From positions 1-64,000 of the forward strand of contig CAWGRK010000010.1 of assembly GCA_963824995.1 (NCBI GenBank): a stretch of DNA of 64,000 bases, in the 5' to 3' direction. Shown one piece after another: positions 33,074 through 45,167 of this stretch. Numbering within the stretch: the stretch's first letter is position 1; every line of letters begins with the position of its first letter. The position numbers and the translations under genes were made by a program. Under the pieces are notes generated by a model that saw nothing but the letters and a program-made list of their open reading frames with translations, did not search any database and was not told the origin of the DNA. The stretch comes from an uncultured Actinomycetes bacterium. GTDB taxonomy: Bacteria; Actinomycetota; Acidimicrobiia; Spongiisociales; DATADW01.

Positions 33074-33130
33074 CGTTCTCCTCCGTTCTTTGTGTCCAAC
33101 CGTCCCGATGAGACGGTGCCGAACCCTACG

Positions 33131-34363
33131 TCAATAGGTGAATGGCCACCCTTTCCAGTAGTTCCTTATCCGGATCCAAATCCCGTACAGCCCGAGCGGC
33201 TCGAAGATGAGGAACCCGATGATCAACAACCCGTAGATGACCAGGTTGGCCTGTGAGACATTGAGCCCTGGTCCGGTCCCGGCCAAGGTGTTGACCAACC
33301 CGAAGTCGCCGGACCCGGTCGAGACCAAGACCCCGGCAACAGCCGCGCCGACTCCTTCCGATTGGGCAAGGGCGGCAAGCCAATTGGTGAAATCCTGGAC
33401 CAACCGAGGTAGGACGATGACGAAGGCGGAACCGAGGATCGCTCCCGTGACGGTCCCCGCCCCACCGATCAGGATCATGGCGATGATCTGGACCGAGAGG
33501 AAGAGGTCCCACGTCTCGGGGATGACCCTTCCCAGGAACGAGGCGAGCAGAGCTCCGGCGATCCCGGCGAAGAACGATGAGATGGCGAAGGCCACCAGCT
33601 TGTAGCGGAACTCGTTGACACCCATCACCTCGGCGGCGATGTCTCGGTCTCGGATCGCCATGAAGGCGCGGCCCACCCTGGTCCGCTGCAGGTTCTTGGC
33701 GACGAGGACGGCGACGATTGCGAAGGCCAGCAGCAGGTAGAACGACTTGGCCGCGGCGGAGAGCTCGATTCCCAACCATGGGCCCGCCTCGGTGAACGAG
33801 ACGAGCGGCTCGCTGTCGGCGCCGAGGCCGATCTGGAGCGGGGGGAAGCTCCGGCCCGCCTGCGAGCCCCCTGTGATGCTCGTCAGGTTGCGGAAGAGGT
33901 ACTCACCGATGAAGACCAGACCGAGGGTGACGATGGCCAGGTAGAGCCCACGTACGCGTACCGCAGTCGGGGCGATGAGGGCGCCGACCAGCGCGGCGAC
34001 GAGCCCGGCGGCGGGCAGCCAGATCACCATGGGAAGGCCAAAGCCGATCAGTGCGCCGGGTGGTGCGCCGAGGACCGCCGCGGTGTAGGCGCCAATCCCC
34101 ATGAAGAAGGCGTGACCGAGCGAGACCTGGCCGGCGAGACCGGTGAGGATGTTCAGGCCGAGGGCGGCGATGGCGAAAATGGCCACTCTGCTCAGGATCC
34201 TGAGCCAATCGTCGGATCCGAGGAACCCGAGACCGGGGAGGAACCCGAGTGGGATCACGACCAGCAGGACGAGGAAGAGCAACACGACTATCCGCTTGCT
34301 GGTCGTGGGCAGGAGCGCCTGGTCGTCCTCGTAGGAGGTGAAGAGGAGGGGCCGGCCTCTCAT
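33131..34363 (-). CDS. Branched-chain amino acid type ABC permease (LivM-like)
   Basis: GLNILTGLAGQVSLGHAFF, RVRGLYLAIVT, GRAFMAIRD. Confidence 0.95.
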   Translation of the reverse strand: MRGRPLLFTSYEDDQALLPTTSKRIVVLLFLVLLVVIPLGFLPGLGFLGSDDWLRILSRVAIFAIAALGLNILTGLAGQVSLGHAFFMGIGAYTAAVLGAPPGALIGFGLPMVIWLPAAGLVAALVGALIAPTAVRVRGLYLAIVTLGLVFIGEYLFRNLTSITGGSQAGRSFPPLQIGLGADSEPLVSFTEAGPWLGIELSAAAKSFYLLLAFAIVAVLVAKNLQRTRVGRAFMAIRDRDIAAEVMGVNEFRYKLVAFAISSFFAGIAGALLASFLGRVIPETWDLFLSVQIIAMILIGGAGTVTGAILGSAFVIVLPRLVQDFTNWLAALAQSEGVGAAVAGVLVSTGSGDFGLVNTLAGTGPGLNVSQANLVIYGLLIIGFLIFEPLGLYGIWIRIRNYWKGWPFTY

Positions 34364-34370
34364 GAGGGCC

Positions 34371-35336
34371 TCATACCCGGATGACCTCCCGCGTCCCGAA
34401 CAGCCCGTACGGCCGGACGAACAGCACCGCCAGCATCAGGACATAGGGGATGATCCCGGCGAACCCGGTTCCCATGCCGGTGACATAGGTGCCGACCGCA
34501 GCCTCGGCCAGGCCGACCATGAGACCCCCCACCACGGCACCGACGATCGAGTCGAGCCCGCCGATGATCACGGCCGGAAAGGCGCGGAAGGCGATGAAGG
34601 CGGTGGCCGCCGAGACCCCGGTTGCCCGGGGAAACATGGCGGCGAACATCCCACCCACCGCCGCCATCCCCGCCCCAATCGCCCACGCGATCCCGAAGAT
34701 CTTCCCCACGCCGATTCCCTGCGCCATGGCGGCTTCCTGGTCGAAGGCGGTGGCGCGCATCGCCACCCCCGTCCTCGACCGGAAAAAGAGAGCTACACCG
34801 ACCATGAGCACGACGGTCACCGCGAACTGGACGATGGTCACCTGCGGTATCACCACCGGTCCCAGGTCGATCACCGTGGCCCCCCAAGGGTCGCCCATGG
34901 GGCGAATGTCGGTCCCGATGAAGTCGTCGGTGATGGTGCGCACCACGATGTCTATCCCCAACGTGATGATCGCCACCGAGAACAACGGCTCGCCGATCAT
35001 CGGCCGGATGAAGACACGTTCCAGCGCCATCCCCACCAGTGCCGAAGCACCTATGGCGAATAGCGCCGACAGCGACCACTGCAGCCATTCGGGGGCTCCA
35101 GGTATCCATCGCCCGGGGATGTTGAGGGTGACGGCGAAGGCGGCGACCAGGAAGGCGCCGAACCCGGCCAGTGCGCCGTGCGAGAAGTTCACCACCTGCG
35201 TCGCCTTGAAGATGATGACGAAGCCCATGGCGAGCACGGCATAGATGGCGCCGAGCGAGAGGCCGTTGACCAGCATCCCGAGGAACTTCTCCAGGGCCTC
35301 GTTGGGGGCGGCCTGCGCCAGCACCACCGCCGTCAT
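34371..35336 (-). CDS. Branched-chain amino acid type ABC permease (LivH-like)
   Basis: NGLSLGAIYA, VVNFSHG, GVAMRATA, RPYGLFG. Confidence 0.93.
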   Translation of the reverse strand: MTAVVLAQAAPNEALEKFLGMLVNGLSLGAIYAVLAMGFVIIFKATQVVNFSHGALAGFGAFLVAAFAVTLNIPGRWIPGAPEWLQWSLSALFAIGASALVGMALERVFIRPMIGEPLFSVAIITLGIDIVVRTITDDFIGTDIRPMGDPWGATVIDLGPVVIPQVTIVQFAVTVVLMVGVALFFRSRTGVAMRATAFDQEAAMAQGIGVGKIFGIAWAIGAGMAAVGGMFAAMFPRATGVSAATAFIAFRAFPAVIIGGLDSIVGAVVGGLMVGLAEAAVGTYVTGMGTGFAGIIPYVLMLAVLFVRPYGLFGTREVIRV

Positions 35337-35373
35337 CGTCCCTACCGGCACGGCGTGAGGAGCCGCCGGCGCA

Positions 35374-37249
35374 TCAGTACATCGACTCGACGAGGTCGGA
35401 GAACATGCCCTTCCATCGCGTTGCGCTTCAGCTTCTGGGTGGCGGTCAGCTCGCCGTCTTCGTGGTCGAGCTCCTTGGGGATCATGCAGAACCTCTTTAT
35501 CTGCTCGACCGAGGCCAGTTCGCTGTTGACCCGATTCACCTCCTGCTGGACAAGTTCGAGCACCTGCGGCTTCTCGGTGAGGTCCCGGTAGGTCGTGTAG
35601 GGGATGCCCTTTCTCGTCGCCCAGTCGCCCACCGTGTCCAGTTCGATCCCGATCAGCGCCGAGAGGAACTTGCGCCTGTCGCCGACCACCATCGCCTCTT
35701 TGATCCAGGGCGATGTCTTCAGCCGGTTCTCGATCTCGGAGGGGCTGATGTTCTTCCCGCCCGAGGTGATGATGATGTGTTTGATCCGGTCCACGATCTT
35801 GACGTGGGTCCCGTCCACCCATACGCCGACATCGCCGGTCTTGAGCCAGCCGTCTTCGGTGAAGGTCTCGGCCGTCGCCGCCGGGTCCTGCCAGTAGCCG
35901 AGGAACACCCCGGGGTGCTTGGTCTGGATCTCGCCGGTCTCTTCGTCGATACGGAGCCCGGTGCCGGCGTACGGCTCGCCCACCGTCCCCAGCTTCATCC
36001 GGTGGACCAGGTTGACCGTGGCCACCGCCGTGTTCTCGGTCATCCCGTACAACTCGTACACCGGGACCCCGATGCCGAGGAAGAACCGGAGGATCTCAGG
36101 GGCGATCGGCGCTGCCCCCGAACCGGCCCAACGACAGCGGCGCAGTCCGATCCGCTCGCGCAGGGCGCGGAATACGAAGGAAGTACCCGAGCCCGTAGAG
36201 CAGACGGCTGGTCCAGCGTGTGGTCGCCACCATTGGCCACCTTCTGTTTGCCGATCACGTCGGCCAGCCTCATCGAGCCTCGGAACAGGAGCCGCTTGAG
36301 GAGTGTGGCGTCCAGGCCCTTGATCAGGATGGTTGCGTGGATCTTCTCCAGGATCCGGGGGACGGCGAAGAAGAGGGTCGGCTGGACCTCGCGCAGGTTG
36401 GCCTGGACCGTCTCGATCGACTCGGCGAAATTGAGCACCACCCCGTCGGCGAGCATCGTCCAGGTCGAGAAGATGCGCTCCGCCACGTGGCACAAGGGCA
36501 GGTAGGTGAGGATCATGTCACTCGGGTTGGGCGGCCTGCCGTCGGGGATGCGGCCGGGGCCATTGATCACGGTCCCCATCGAGTACTCGGCGTTGGCGTT
36601 GGTGAGCATCGCCCCCTTGGGCGGCCCAGTCGTGCCCGACGTATAGACCAGAGTCATCACGTCGCCCTGGTCCGCAGCGGCCATGATCCGCTCCACCTCT
36701 CCGGGGTTGGCGGCACGGTGCTCGCGGCCCAACGCCAGGAAGTCCTCCCACGAGATGAACCGTCGGTCGTCGCGGTATGGGCGGAAGCCGCGCGGCTCGA
36801 GGTGGATGATCCACCGCAGGCCCGGGCAAATCGTCGATGACCTCCATCACCTTGTCCGCCTGTTCCTGGTCCTCGACCAGATGGACCTCGGCGCCCGAGT
36901 TCTCCAGCAGATAGCGGACCTCGGTGGCGGGGTTGGTCGGGTAGAGACCAACGGTGATGCCCCTGACCGCGACGGTGGCGATATCGAGCACGACCCATTC
37001 GGGCCGGTCCTCGGAGTGGATTGACACCCGGTCGCCGACGTCCACTCCCAGGGAGAGCAGACCGTGGGCGGCATCGAGGACGGTCTCCCAAAGCTGGCCC
37101 CAGGTGGTCTCCTGCCAGATCCCGAGGTCCTTGTCCCGCATCACGACCTGATCGGGAACTCGCTCCGCCCAATCGCGGCAACGGGTGGCAATGGTCGGGT
37201 ACCCGGCGCCAGTGCCCGGTGACTCACGGCGTTCGGACAGTGTCGTCAT
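35374..37249 (-). CDS. Long-chain acyl-CoA synthetase (AMP-binding); frameshifted
   Basis: [48 protein letters not shown]. Confidence 0.93.
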
Positions 37250-37532
37250 GGCCGCCTCCTCGGATTGGAGGTTAGAGAGGCAAAACCGCTCCCACCCGGG
37301 AAACCGCCAGGTTTTGCACGCACAGGTCGGCGCCAGATCGGGGAGTGAGAGCACGGTTGGCCGTGTATGCCGTCCGCCGTGTGCTGTCCACGACCATCGA
37401 CCGCCTGCCGTCCGGGAATTGCTCGACGGACCAGAGCAGGTCGTCGCGGTCTGCTCCGTCTGGCTGTCGTTTCAGTCATCAATCCGATGTTACCGTCTTC
37501 ACGTCGTTGCAACGGACCGTGAAACTGTGTCC

Positions 37533-38429
37533 ATGGACGCCATCACGATCACGGGTCTGGCCAAGTCGTACGGCACGACACGGGCACTCGACGGTCTCGA
37601 TATGTCGGTAGCGACCGGTGAGATCCACGGCTTTCTCGGTCCCAATGGCGCCGGCAAGACGACCACGCTCCGCATCCTCCTCGGGCTGGCACGCGCCGAC
37701 AGCGGCACCGCCGTTTTGCTTGGCGGTGATCCCTGGGCAGAAGCGGTGGACCTACACCGCCGGCTCGCCTATGTGCCCGGCGAGGTGCAGCTGTGGCCGA
37801 CGCTCACCGGCGGCGAGGCGATCGACCTCTTGGGCCGGCTCCGGGGAGGGCTCGACGAGGGGAGGCGTCGCAAGCTGATCGAGCGGTTCCAATTGGACCC
37901 CACCAAGAAGGGCAACACCTACTCGACCGGCAACCGCCAAAAGGTCGCTCTGGTGGCAGCGCTCTCCTCCGATGTCGAGTTGCTCATCCTCGACGAGCCA
38001 ACGCTGGGTCTGGATCCGCTCATGGAGGCGGTGTTTCGAGAGGTGATCTCCGAGGAGCGGGCGGCTGGCAAGACGGTGCTGCTCGCCAGTCACATCCTCG
38101 CCGAGGTGGAGGCGCTGTGCGATCGGGTCACGATCATCCGGGCGGGCCGCGCCATCGAGTCGGGAACGCTGGCCGATCTTCGCCATCTGACCCGAACCTC
38201 GATGACCGCCCACCTCACGGCACCACCCGACGGGTTGGCGGAGGTTCCCGGGGTCCACGATCTCGTCGTCGACGATCGGGTGGCCCATTTCCAGGTCGAC
38301 ACGGACCAGATCGAAGGGGTGCTCCGCCAGCTGGTCAGCATCGGGGTGCACGACCTCGAGAGCAGGCCACCGACGCTCGAGGAGCTGTTCCTCCGTCACT
38401 ACCGCGACCCGGCGGAGATTGTCCGGTGA
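37533..38429 (+). CDS. ABC transporter ATP-binding protein
   Basis: [33 protein letters not shown]. Confidence 0.95.
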   Translation: MDAITITGLAKSYGTTRALDGLDMSVATGEIHGFLGPNGAGKTTTLRILLGLARADSGTAVLLGGDPWAEAVDLHRRLAYVPGEVQLWPTLTGGEAIDLLGRLRGGLDEGRRRKLIERFQLDPTKKGNTYSTGNRQKVALVAALSSDVELLILDEPTLGLDPLMEAVFREVISEERAAGKTVLLASHILAEVEALCDRVTIIRAGRAIESGTLADLRHLTRTSMTAHLTAPPDGLAEVPGVHDLVVDDRVAHFQVDTDQIEGVLRQLVSIGVHDLESRPPTLEELFLRHYRDPAEIVR

Positions 38430-40019
38430 ACCTCTTCGCCGGGACCGGGTCCTTGATCCGGCTCGCACTTCGGCGCGACCGGATCCGGCTCGCCATCTGG
38501 GTCCTCCTCCTCGCCACGCTCCCCGTCATCACCGCCGCCAGCTTCGCCGAGCTCTACCCCGAGGCAGCCGCCCGCGAGCAGATCGCGGCCACTTTGGGCT
38601 CGAGCCCGGCGATAGGAGTGCTGCTCGGGCCGCTCTACGACTCGAGCATCGGCGGGCTCACCGCATGGAGGCTGGCCGTGCCGGCGAGCCTGCTCATCGC
38701 CCTGATGGCCTCGTTCACGGTGGTGCGGCACACCCGGGCCGAGGAAGAGGCGGGCCGCAGCGACCTCCTTGGCGCCAACGTCGTCGGTCGGCGCGCTCCG
38801 CTCACCGCGGCACTGGTGGTGGCGATCGGCGCCAGCGTGGTTGCCGCTGCCCTCTCCACCGGCGGTCTGCTTGCCGCCGATCTTCCGGTCTCAGGGTCCG
38901 TGGCTTTCGGCTTGGCGATGGCGGGCTCTGGGGTCGTCTTCGCTGCCGTCGCCGCAATCGCCGCTCAGCTGTGGCGGGGTTCCTCGGCCGCCCGAGGAGC
39001 CGCGGTCGGGGTGCTCGGTATCAGCTTCATGTTGCGCGCCGCCGGCGACAGCACTTCTGGTGTCGAGTGGCTCTCGTGGATCTCGCCACTCGGTTGGTCG
39101 CAACGGTTACGCGCCTTCGGCGACGAGCGATGGTGGGTCTTGGCCATCCCGCTGGTCGTCGGGATGATCCTGGTTGCGACCGCCTTCGTCCTATCCACCA
39201 AGCGCGATCTCGGGTCCGGGATCCTGGCGACGAAGCCGGGACCTGAAGCCGCCGCCGCCTCGCTGCGATCGCCTCTGGCGCTTTCGTGGCGGCTTCACAG
39301 AGGAGCGCTCATCGGGTGGATCATCGGTTTCGTCGGTCTTGGGTCTGTGATGGGGACGTCCGCCACCACGTTCGCCGACCTCTTTGCCGAGAGCCCCGAG
39401 CTTGCCCAACTGGTCGCGCAACTCGGTGGCGAGGAAGGGCTGGCGGATGCGTACATCTCGGCGATGCTCGGGGTCTTCGCCATCGTCGCCTCGGCATACG
39501 GGATCCAGGCCGCCCTCCGCCTCCGTACCGAGGAGACGGTGGGCCGCGCTTCTCCCCTACTGGCGACGGCGGTTCGCGCGCTGGAGGTGGGAGGGCAGCC
39601 ATCTCGTGTTCGCCTTGCTTGGACCGGCGCTGCTCTTGCTGGTGGGGGGTCTCGCCATCGGTGTCGCCTATGGAATCTCCATCGACGACATCGCCGGGAC
39701 GGTCGCCGACACCCTGGGTGGCGCCCTCGTCCAGCTTCCCGCCGTGTGGGTGCTCTCCGGTCTTGCTGCCGCCCTGTTCGGAGTGGCCCCGCGGTTCACG
39801 CTTCTCGCCTGGGGATCACTCGTGGTGGTGTTCCTCCTCGGCCAACTGGGACCGATCCTCCAGTTGGATCAATGGGTGCTCGACATCTCCCCGTTCACCC
39901 ATGTGCCCCAGGTACCCGGTGGCGAGGTGACGGCCGCCCCGCTGCTGTGGTTGGGGGCGGTTGCCGCCGGGCTCACCCTGCTCGGGTTTGCCGGGTTCGC
40001 CCGCCGCGACGTCGGCTGA
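38426..40019 (+). CDS. ABC-2 type exporter permease (polyketide/ionophore exporter-like); frameshift near 39580
   Basis: [43 protein letters not shown]. Confidence 0.9.
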
Positions 40020-40026
40020 AAACCCC

Positions 40027-40075
40027 GTTCTGGCGTCACTAAACGCGGTACATCCCCCTCAGGTGACGCCAAAAC
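40027..40075. repeat. Palindromic intergenic element TGGCGTCAC-N23-GTGACGCCA
   Basis: Second copy at 62272-62315. Confidence 0.75.
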
Positions 40076-40084
40076 TGGTTGGGG

Positions 40085-40519
40085 TCAGGAGCCCTTCGAC
40101 CAAGCGGAGCCGCCCGGCCAGTGCTCCTTCTTCCAGATCGGGGCGCGTTCCTTGAGTTGGTCGATCACATACCTGGCCGCCTCGAAGGCGGCGTCGCGGT
40201 GCGGGGCGGCGACCGCCACCGCCACCGAGGCCTCGCCCAGATCGACAACACCGACACGGTGCTCAACGAGTATCGACCTGACGTCCCACTTTGCGGCGGC
40301 CTCGTCGACTATCGACTCGATGCTCCGCTCGACCTCGCCCTCGTACGCCTCGTAGTCGAGATGGGTCACGTCGGTGTGCTGTTCCGAATGGTCCCGCACG
40401 GTGCCCACGAACAAGGCGGTGGCGCCGCAATCGGGCCCGTTGGCCTCGTCGAGCAGTGCGGCGACATCGATCGCCTCGGCGGTGACGCGGACCCTGGTCC
40501 GTAGAGACCGATCTTCCAT
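40085..40519 (-). CDS. moaE: Molybdopterin synthase catalytic subunit
   Basis: GATALFVGTVRD, LDYEAY, HRVG, APHRDAAF, LKERAPIWKKE. Confidence 0.95.
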   Translation of the reverse strand: MEDRSLRTRVRVTAEAIDVAALLDEANGPDCGATALFVGTVRDHSEQHTDVTHLDYEAYEGEVERSIESIVDEAAAKWDVRSILVEHRVGVVDLGEASVAVAVAAPHRDAAFEAARYVIDQLKERAPIWKKEHWPGGSAWSKGS

Positions 40520-40531
40520 AGAATCCCCATT

Positions 40532-41800
40532 ATGGAGGACGATCAGCAGCACGGTCCCGAGACGGCGGCTGGACCGGAGGGAAGATCCCGTCCGCTCCCA
40601 ACCGTGCGTCCGGCCGGTCCCCACCCCCCGCCCCCTCCGTTGCCCCGTTCGGACGTCCCGACGCTCGAATCCAAGGACGGGGCGCGTCCCTCTGCCTTCC
40701 GCACCGGGGTGGCTGCCTTTCTCGGTGTCGCCATCGGCGCCCTGGTCACCTTCGCCGCCCTCGCCGTTTCCGGCCGGCTCGACCAGGGGTTGACATCGGC
40801 GGTGAGCAGTCAGTTGGCGACGACTGTGACGAACGCACCGTCGCGCACCGTGACCATCACCCCGCGCGAGAACGTCGGGCGGGTCAGCGCCGTCGCAGCC
40901 AAGGCGCTCCCATCGATCGTGACCGTTCTCGTTGCCGCCGAGGATCGTCAGGTGGGGGATCTGCCGCTGGGCAGCGGTTCGGGGATCGTCCTCGACCGGA
41001 AGGGGCATGTGGTCACCAATCACCATGTCATCGATGGTGCCTCGTCGATCAGGCTGGTCTTCAGCAACGGTCGGACCTACCGGGCGGAGTTGGTCGGATC
41101 CGACGCACTCACCGATCTCGCCGTGCTGAGCACAGAGGCCAGCGGGGTGGTCCCCATCGAGCGCGCCTCAGAAAAGGATCTGAAGGTCGGCGACACTGCG
41201 GTCGCGGTGGGCAACCCACTCGGCCTCGACGGACCGCCGTCGGTGACGTCGGGGATCGTCTCGGCGCTCAACCGGACTCTCGAGGTCGAGCCCGGCGAGA
41301 ACCTCTATGGGCTCATCCAGACCGACGCCCCGATAACCCGAGGGTCGAGCGGTGGAGCGCTACTCAACGGTCAAGGCGCGTTGATCGGTGTGACAACCGC
41401 AATCGGTGTGACCGATGTCGGCGCCGAGGGATTGGGGTTCGCCGTCCCCGTCTCGTCGGTCCTCAGCATCGCCGAGGAGCTCATCGCCCAAGGGTCGATC
41501 GAGCACGCCTATCTGGGAATCCAGGGCCAGACCGAGTTCGTTCCCGAAGAGGACGGGGCCGAGGTGCCGTCGGGGGCACGGGTCGCTCAGCTCGAGCAGA
41601 ACTCGGCGCTGGCGGCGGGGGGCGGACAGGTGGACGACGTCATCGTGACCCTCGGCGGCTCACCGGTTACCAGCATCGACAACCTCGTGTGGATGCTCCG
41701 CAGCTACCGGGCGGGGGAGAGCGTCGAGGTGGGCCTGTTGCGAGACGGTCGCCCGGTTCAGATCGAGGTGACACTCGATCGGAACCCAGCAAGCGGTTGA
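40532..41800 (+). CDS. HtrA/DegP-family serine protease (S1C) with PDZ
   Basis: TM; GSGSG, VTNHHV, DLAVL, IQTDAPITRGSSGG. Confidence 0.94.
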   Translation: MEDDQQHGPETAAGPEGRSRPLPTVRPAGPHPPPPPLPRSDVPTLESKDGARPSAFRTGVAAFLGVAIGALVTFAALAVSGRLDQGLTSAVSSQLATTVTNAPSRTVTITPRENVGRVSAVAAKALPSIVTVLVAAEDRQVGDLPLGSGSGIVLDRKGHVVTNHHVIDGASSIRLVFSNGRTYRAELVGSDALTDLAVLSTEASGVVPIERASEKDLKVGDTAVAVGNPLGLDGPPSVTSGIVSALNRTLEVEPGENLYGLIQTDAPITRGSSGGALLNGQGALIGVTTAIGVTDVGAEGLGFAVPVSSVLSIAEELIAQGSIEHAYLGIQGQTEFVPEEDGAEVPSGARVAQLEQNSALAAGGGQVDDVIVTLGGSPVTSIDNLVWMLRSYRAGESVEVGLLRDGRPVQIEVTLDRNPASG

Positions 41801-41801
41801 T

Positions 41802-42898
41802 GTGGCCGACGATCTCTTCTCCCAGATGCTGGAGATGTTCAACCAGCCGGGTCCGGTGAACTGGAAGCTGGCCGGCGAGGTGACCAAGCAGCTCAGCGGG
41901 GAGCCCGAGCCGGTCGATCCGTGGCTGGCCGAGGAGTACCGCGAGCTGACCCGGCTCGCCCAACTCAAGGTCGGCGAGGGAACCGATCTGCCACTCGGGG
42001 ATGCCCTCGATGCCGATCCGGTGGACCGGGTCACATGGGCTACGGCAGAACCTCCAATCGTTTCGCTACCTGGTCGAGCCTCTGGCGGACAAACTGGGGG
42101 GTTCGCTGACGAGTGGGCCGCTCGAGGCGTTGCTCAAGCCGCTCGGCCCTGCCCTGCTCGGCATGCAGATGGGAGCCATGGTCGGCTTCCTCAGCCACAG
42201 GGCGTTTGGGCAGTTCGACGTCGGGCTTCCCCACCGCCCAGCGGTCCGCCCTATTCATGGTCGTGCCCAACATCGAGGGCTTCATCCGCGACGAGGCCCT
42301 CGACCCCCGGCAAGTGCGACTGTGGGTGGCGCTCCACGAGGTGGTCCATCAATCCGAGTTCGCCGTGCCGTGGGTGATGCCTCACTTCCTCGATCTGATC
42401 GAGCGTTTCCTCGACGGTCTCCAGGTCGATCAATCCGGGCTGATGCAGAGGTTCGAGGCGATGCGCGACCCCGAGGAGTTGCAGCGCATCCTCGAGGATC
42501 CGTCGGGATTGACCGGGCTGGTCGTCGACCCCCGAGCAGCTACCCACCTGGAGGCGATCCAGGCATTCATGGCGACCATCGAGGGTTACGCCGAGTTCGT
42601 CGTCGGCAGGATCGGCAACGAACTGCTCCCCGATCTGGAGGCGATCAGAGACGCCATGGGACGGCGGCGGGCAGAGCCGACCGAGGACGGGACCATGCTC
42701 GACCGTGTGATCGGTCTCGATATGAACCGGGACCAGTACCTGATCGGCGTCAGGTTCTGCGACGAGGTGACCAAACGGTGGGGCGATCAGGCATTGGCCG
42801 CCATATGGGAGCAGCCGGAGAATCTGCCCACCCTCGCCGAACTGGAGGATCCGGTCGCCTGGACGGCGAGGGTTCTCCTCGACGACCTGTTCGCTTAG
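41802..42898 (+). CDS. Zinc-dependent metalloprotease/hydrolase (zincin-like); frameshifted
   Basis: GPVNWKLA, GQFDVGLP, WVALHEVVHQSEF, IEGYAE, PENLPTLAELEDP. Confidence 0.88.
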
Positions 42899-42912
42899 CA
42901 AGCTTCGCTCGC

Positions 42913-42935
42913 AGTACTTAGTACTTAGTACTTAG
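42913..42935. repeat. Heptamer tandem repeat (AGTACTT)x3
   Basis: Read directly between convergent genes. Confidence 0.85.
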
Positions 42936-42942
42936 CAAGAGC

Positions 42943-43895
42943 TCAGCCGGATGCGGCGAGATGGGTGGCCAGCCGTGCGACGGACTGGCGGAGGTCGTCG
43001 GGTTCGATCACCCTGAACCCACACGGGAGCGAGGCGAGGTAGCGGGCGATCCAGTCGAGGTCGTCGGCGCCGATGCGCAGCACGGTCGTCGCCATTCGTC
43101 TGCTCGACGATCGCCGATGGTGGGGGCGACCATGCGGCGTGCATCCTCCACCGTGAGATCGAGGGCGACCTTCGCCTGCCATGTGTATGCCGACACCGCC
43201 AATCCCTCGGCGACGAACTCGGCGGCATCGGGGGGATCCTGGTGGACGAACCGCATCCCGGTCCGAGCGACGTCGCTCATCCGATCCACCCGGAAGGTGC
43301 GCCATGCGTCCCGATCGCGATCCCTCGCCACCAGGTACCAGCGTCTCGCCCGGCGCGCACGATCTGAAACGGCTCGACGTGCCTATCGGTTGTGTTGGAT
43401 GACGAGTCGACGTAGCGGAACCTGACCCGCTCGGGCCCACGGGTGGCTTGCGCCAGTGTCACCAGCACCGAGGTGTCGAGAGGCTCGCCCGACGGTCCAG
43501 CCCTCCCCAGCCGGACCGTCGCCGCCTCGAGGGCGGCAACCCTCTCCCGCAACCGGCCAGGCAGCACCTGATCGATCTTGCTCAGAGCCGCAAGTGCAGC
43601 GTCTTCGAAACCAGGCACGCTCCCGCCGGCGGCGGCCCGTAGCCCGAGCGCCACCGCCACCGCCTCGTCATCGTCCAACAGAAGCGGCGGCAGCGCCCCT
43701 CCCGGCGCCAGTTCGTAGCCACCGAATCGGCCGGATACGGCCTCCACCGGGTAGCCGAGTTCTCTGAGCCGGGTGACATCGCGACGCAGCGTGCGTGTGG
43801 TCACCCCCAAACGCTCGGCGAGCTCCGGACCGGGCCAGCTAGGACGGGCCTGCAGCAGCGAGAGCAGCTTGAGGAGGCGCGGCCGAGGTGTTCAC
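42943..43895 (-). CDS. HTH-WYL transcriptional regulator (YafY/PafB-like); frameshifted
   Basis: RTLRRDVTRLRELGYP, LPPLLLDDDEA, VEP, WRTFRVDRM; GGAC-N6-GTCC-type palindrome at about 43916-43937. Confidence 0.9.
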
Positions 43896-43985
43896 TGCCT
43901 GGCATTTTGCCACACTGAGGACCGGAACTGTCCGCATAGGTTGTGTAGTTTCACGGCTGTAACTCTCACCACTTCGAGGGGGATC

Positions 43986-44207
43986 ATGTACAGCCATCCA
44001 CATGCTCTTTTGGACATCGCTCGCAGGTTGCAGAAGGAATTCCTCGAGGAAGCTGAGCGGGCGCGAATCAGGAAGGCAGCTTCGCCGTGGCGTCGTGTCG
44101 GACACGACGGTGGTAGTCGGGTCGCCCCCCGGTTGCGGTTGGTTACCGAACTGCCGGAAGAGACGAGGAGCGCCAGGCCCCGAGCAGACGCCGAGCTAGT
44201 CGGCTGA
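43986..44207 (+). CDS. Small hypothetical protein divergent from the WYL regulator
   Basis: GAGGGGG RBS; MYSHPHALLDIARRLQKEFLEEAERAR helical ORF. Confidence 0.6.
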   Translation: MYSHPHALLDIARRLQKEFLEEAERARIRKAASPWRRVGHDGGSRVAPRLRLVTELPEETRSARPRADAELVG

Positions 44208-44209
44208 CC

Positions 44210-45167
44210 TCAACCGCCGAAGAGGTTGTCCCAGAATGACTGAAACAATCCGCCCGATGCGGGCTGAGGCAGATCTGTCAGCACCTCGGCCTGCAGATCG
44301 AGCGGCAGATCGCCCACCAGGGCGTAACCGCCCACGGGGGACTCCCAGACGAGCACAACCCGGCCCGGCTCGAAAGCACGCTGGTACTCGGCGTCGCCCA
44401 CCTGGGAGGTAGGGCGGTCGGCCAACTCGGCCACCGCCAAGGGGCGGTCGGAGGCGAGCAGGCTGAAGGTGAAGACACCGTCGGAGTAGTAGCCCACCAC
44501 GCTCTCCTCCGGTCCCCGATAGACATCGGTGCGGCGGAACCCGGCCAGCTCGTCGGGGAGCACCTCGGTGTCGACCTCATCTGCTGGGGAACCGCCTCGT
44601 CCATTTCGATGGTTCCCTCACCTGCCTGCGGCACGTAGGGGGCGCCGGCAGTGAAACTCATGTAGCGGGTCTCGCAGTAGGTGGTTCCGTCGTCGTTGCG
44701 CGACTCGACGCGCAGCGCAGCGCCGGTCGACAGGTCGAAGGCGTAGACCATCCGGACCAGATCACCTTCGTGGATCTCGATGACCTCGACGGTGCGGCCC
44801 AACTCGACGCTCTGGCCGGCGACCACCACCTCGTACCGATCGTCGCGCTGCGCCGGGCTGGCTGTCGGCACCATCGACCGCTGTGGTGGCACCACCGGTG
44901 GCGTGGCTCGACACCTCACGCCCATCTACGACCACGGTCATCGACGGGCCACGCACCTCCAATCTGCCGTTGGCTTGGACCACGGTCACCACTTGGCTGA
45001 GTTCTTCATCGGGCGTGACGCACCGTGATCTCCTGGTCGCCGCTGAATTCGGCTTGCGAGCTCCGACCGAGTCGATCATCCAACTCGTCGGCCAGCGCCG
45101 TCCCGGGCACGCGAAGACGACCACCAGGCAGCCGACGAGGGCCCCAGAACAGACGTCTCAGCTTCAT
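44210..45167 (-). CDS. MucB/RseB-like exported protein; frameshifted
   Basis: Signal peptide; AEFSGDQ, RYEV...GR, YYSDGVFTFSL, YALVGDLP; third gene of the sigE operon. Confidence 0.7.
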
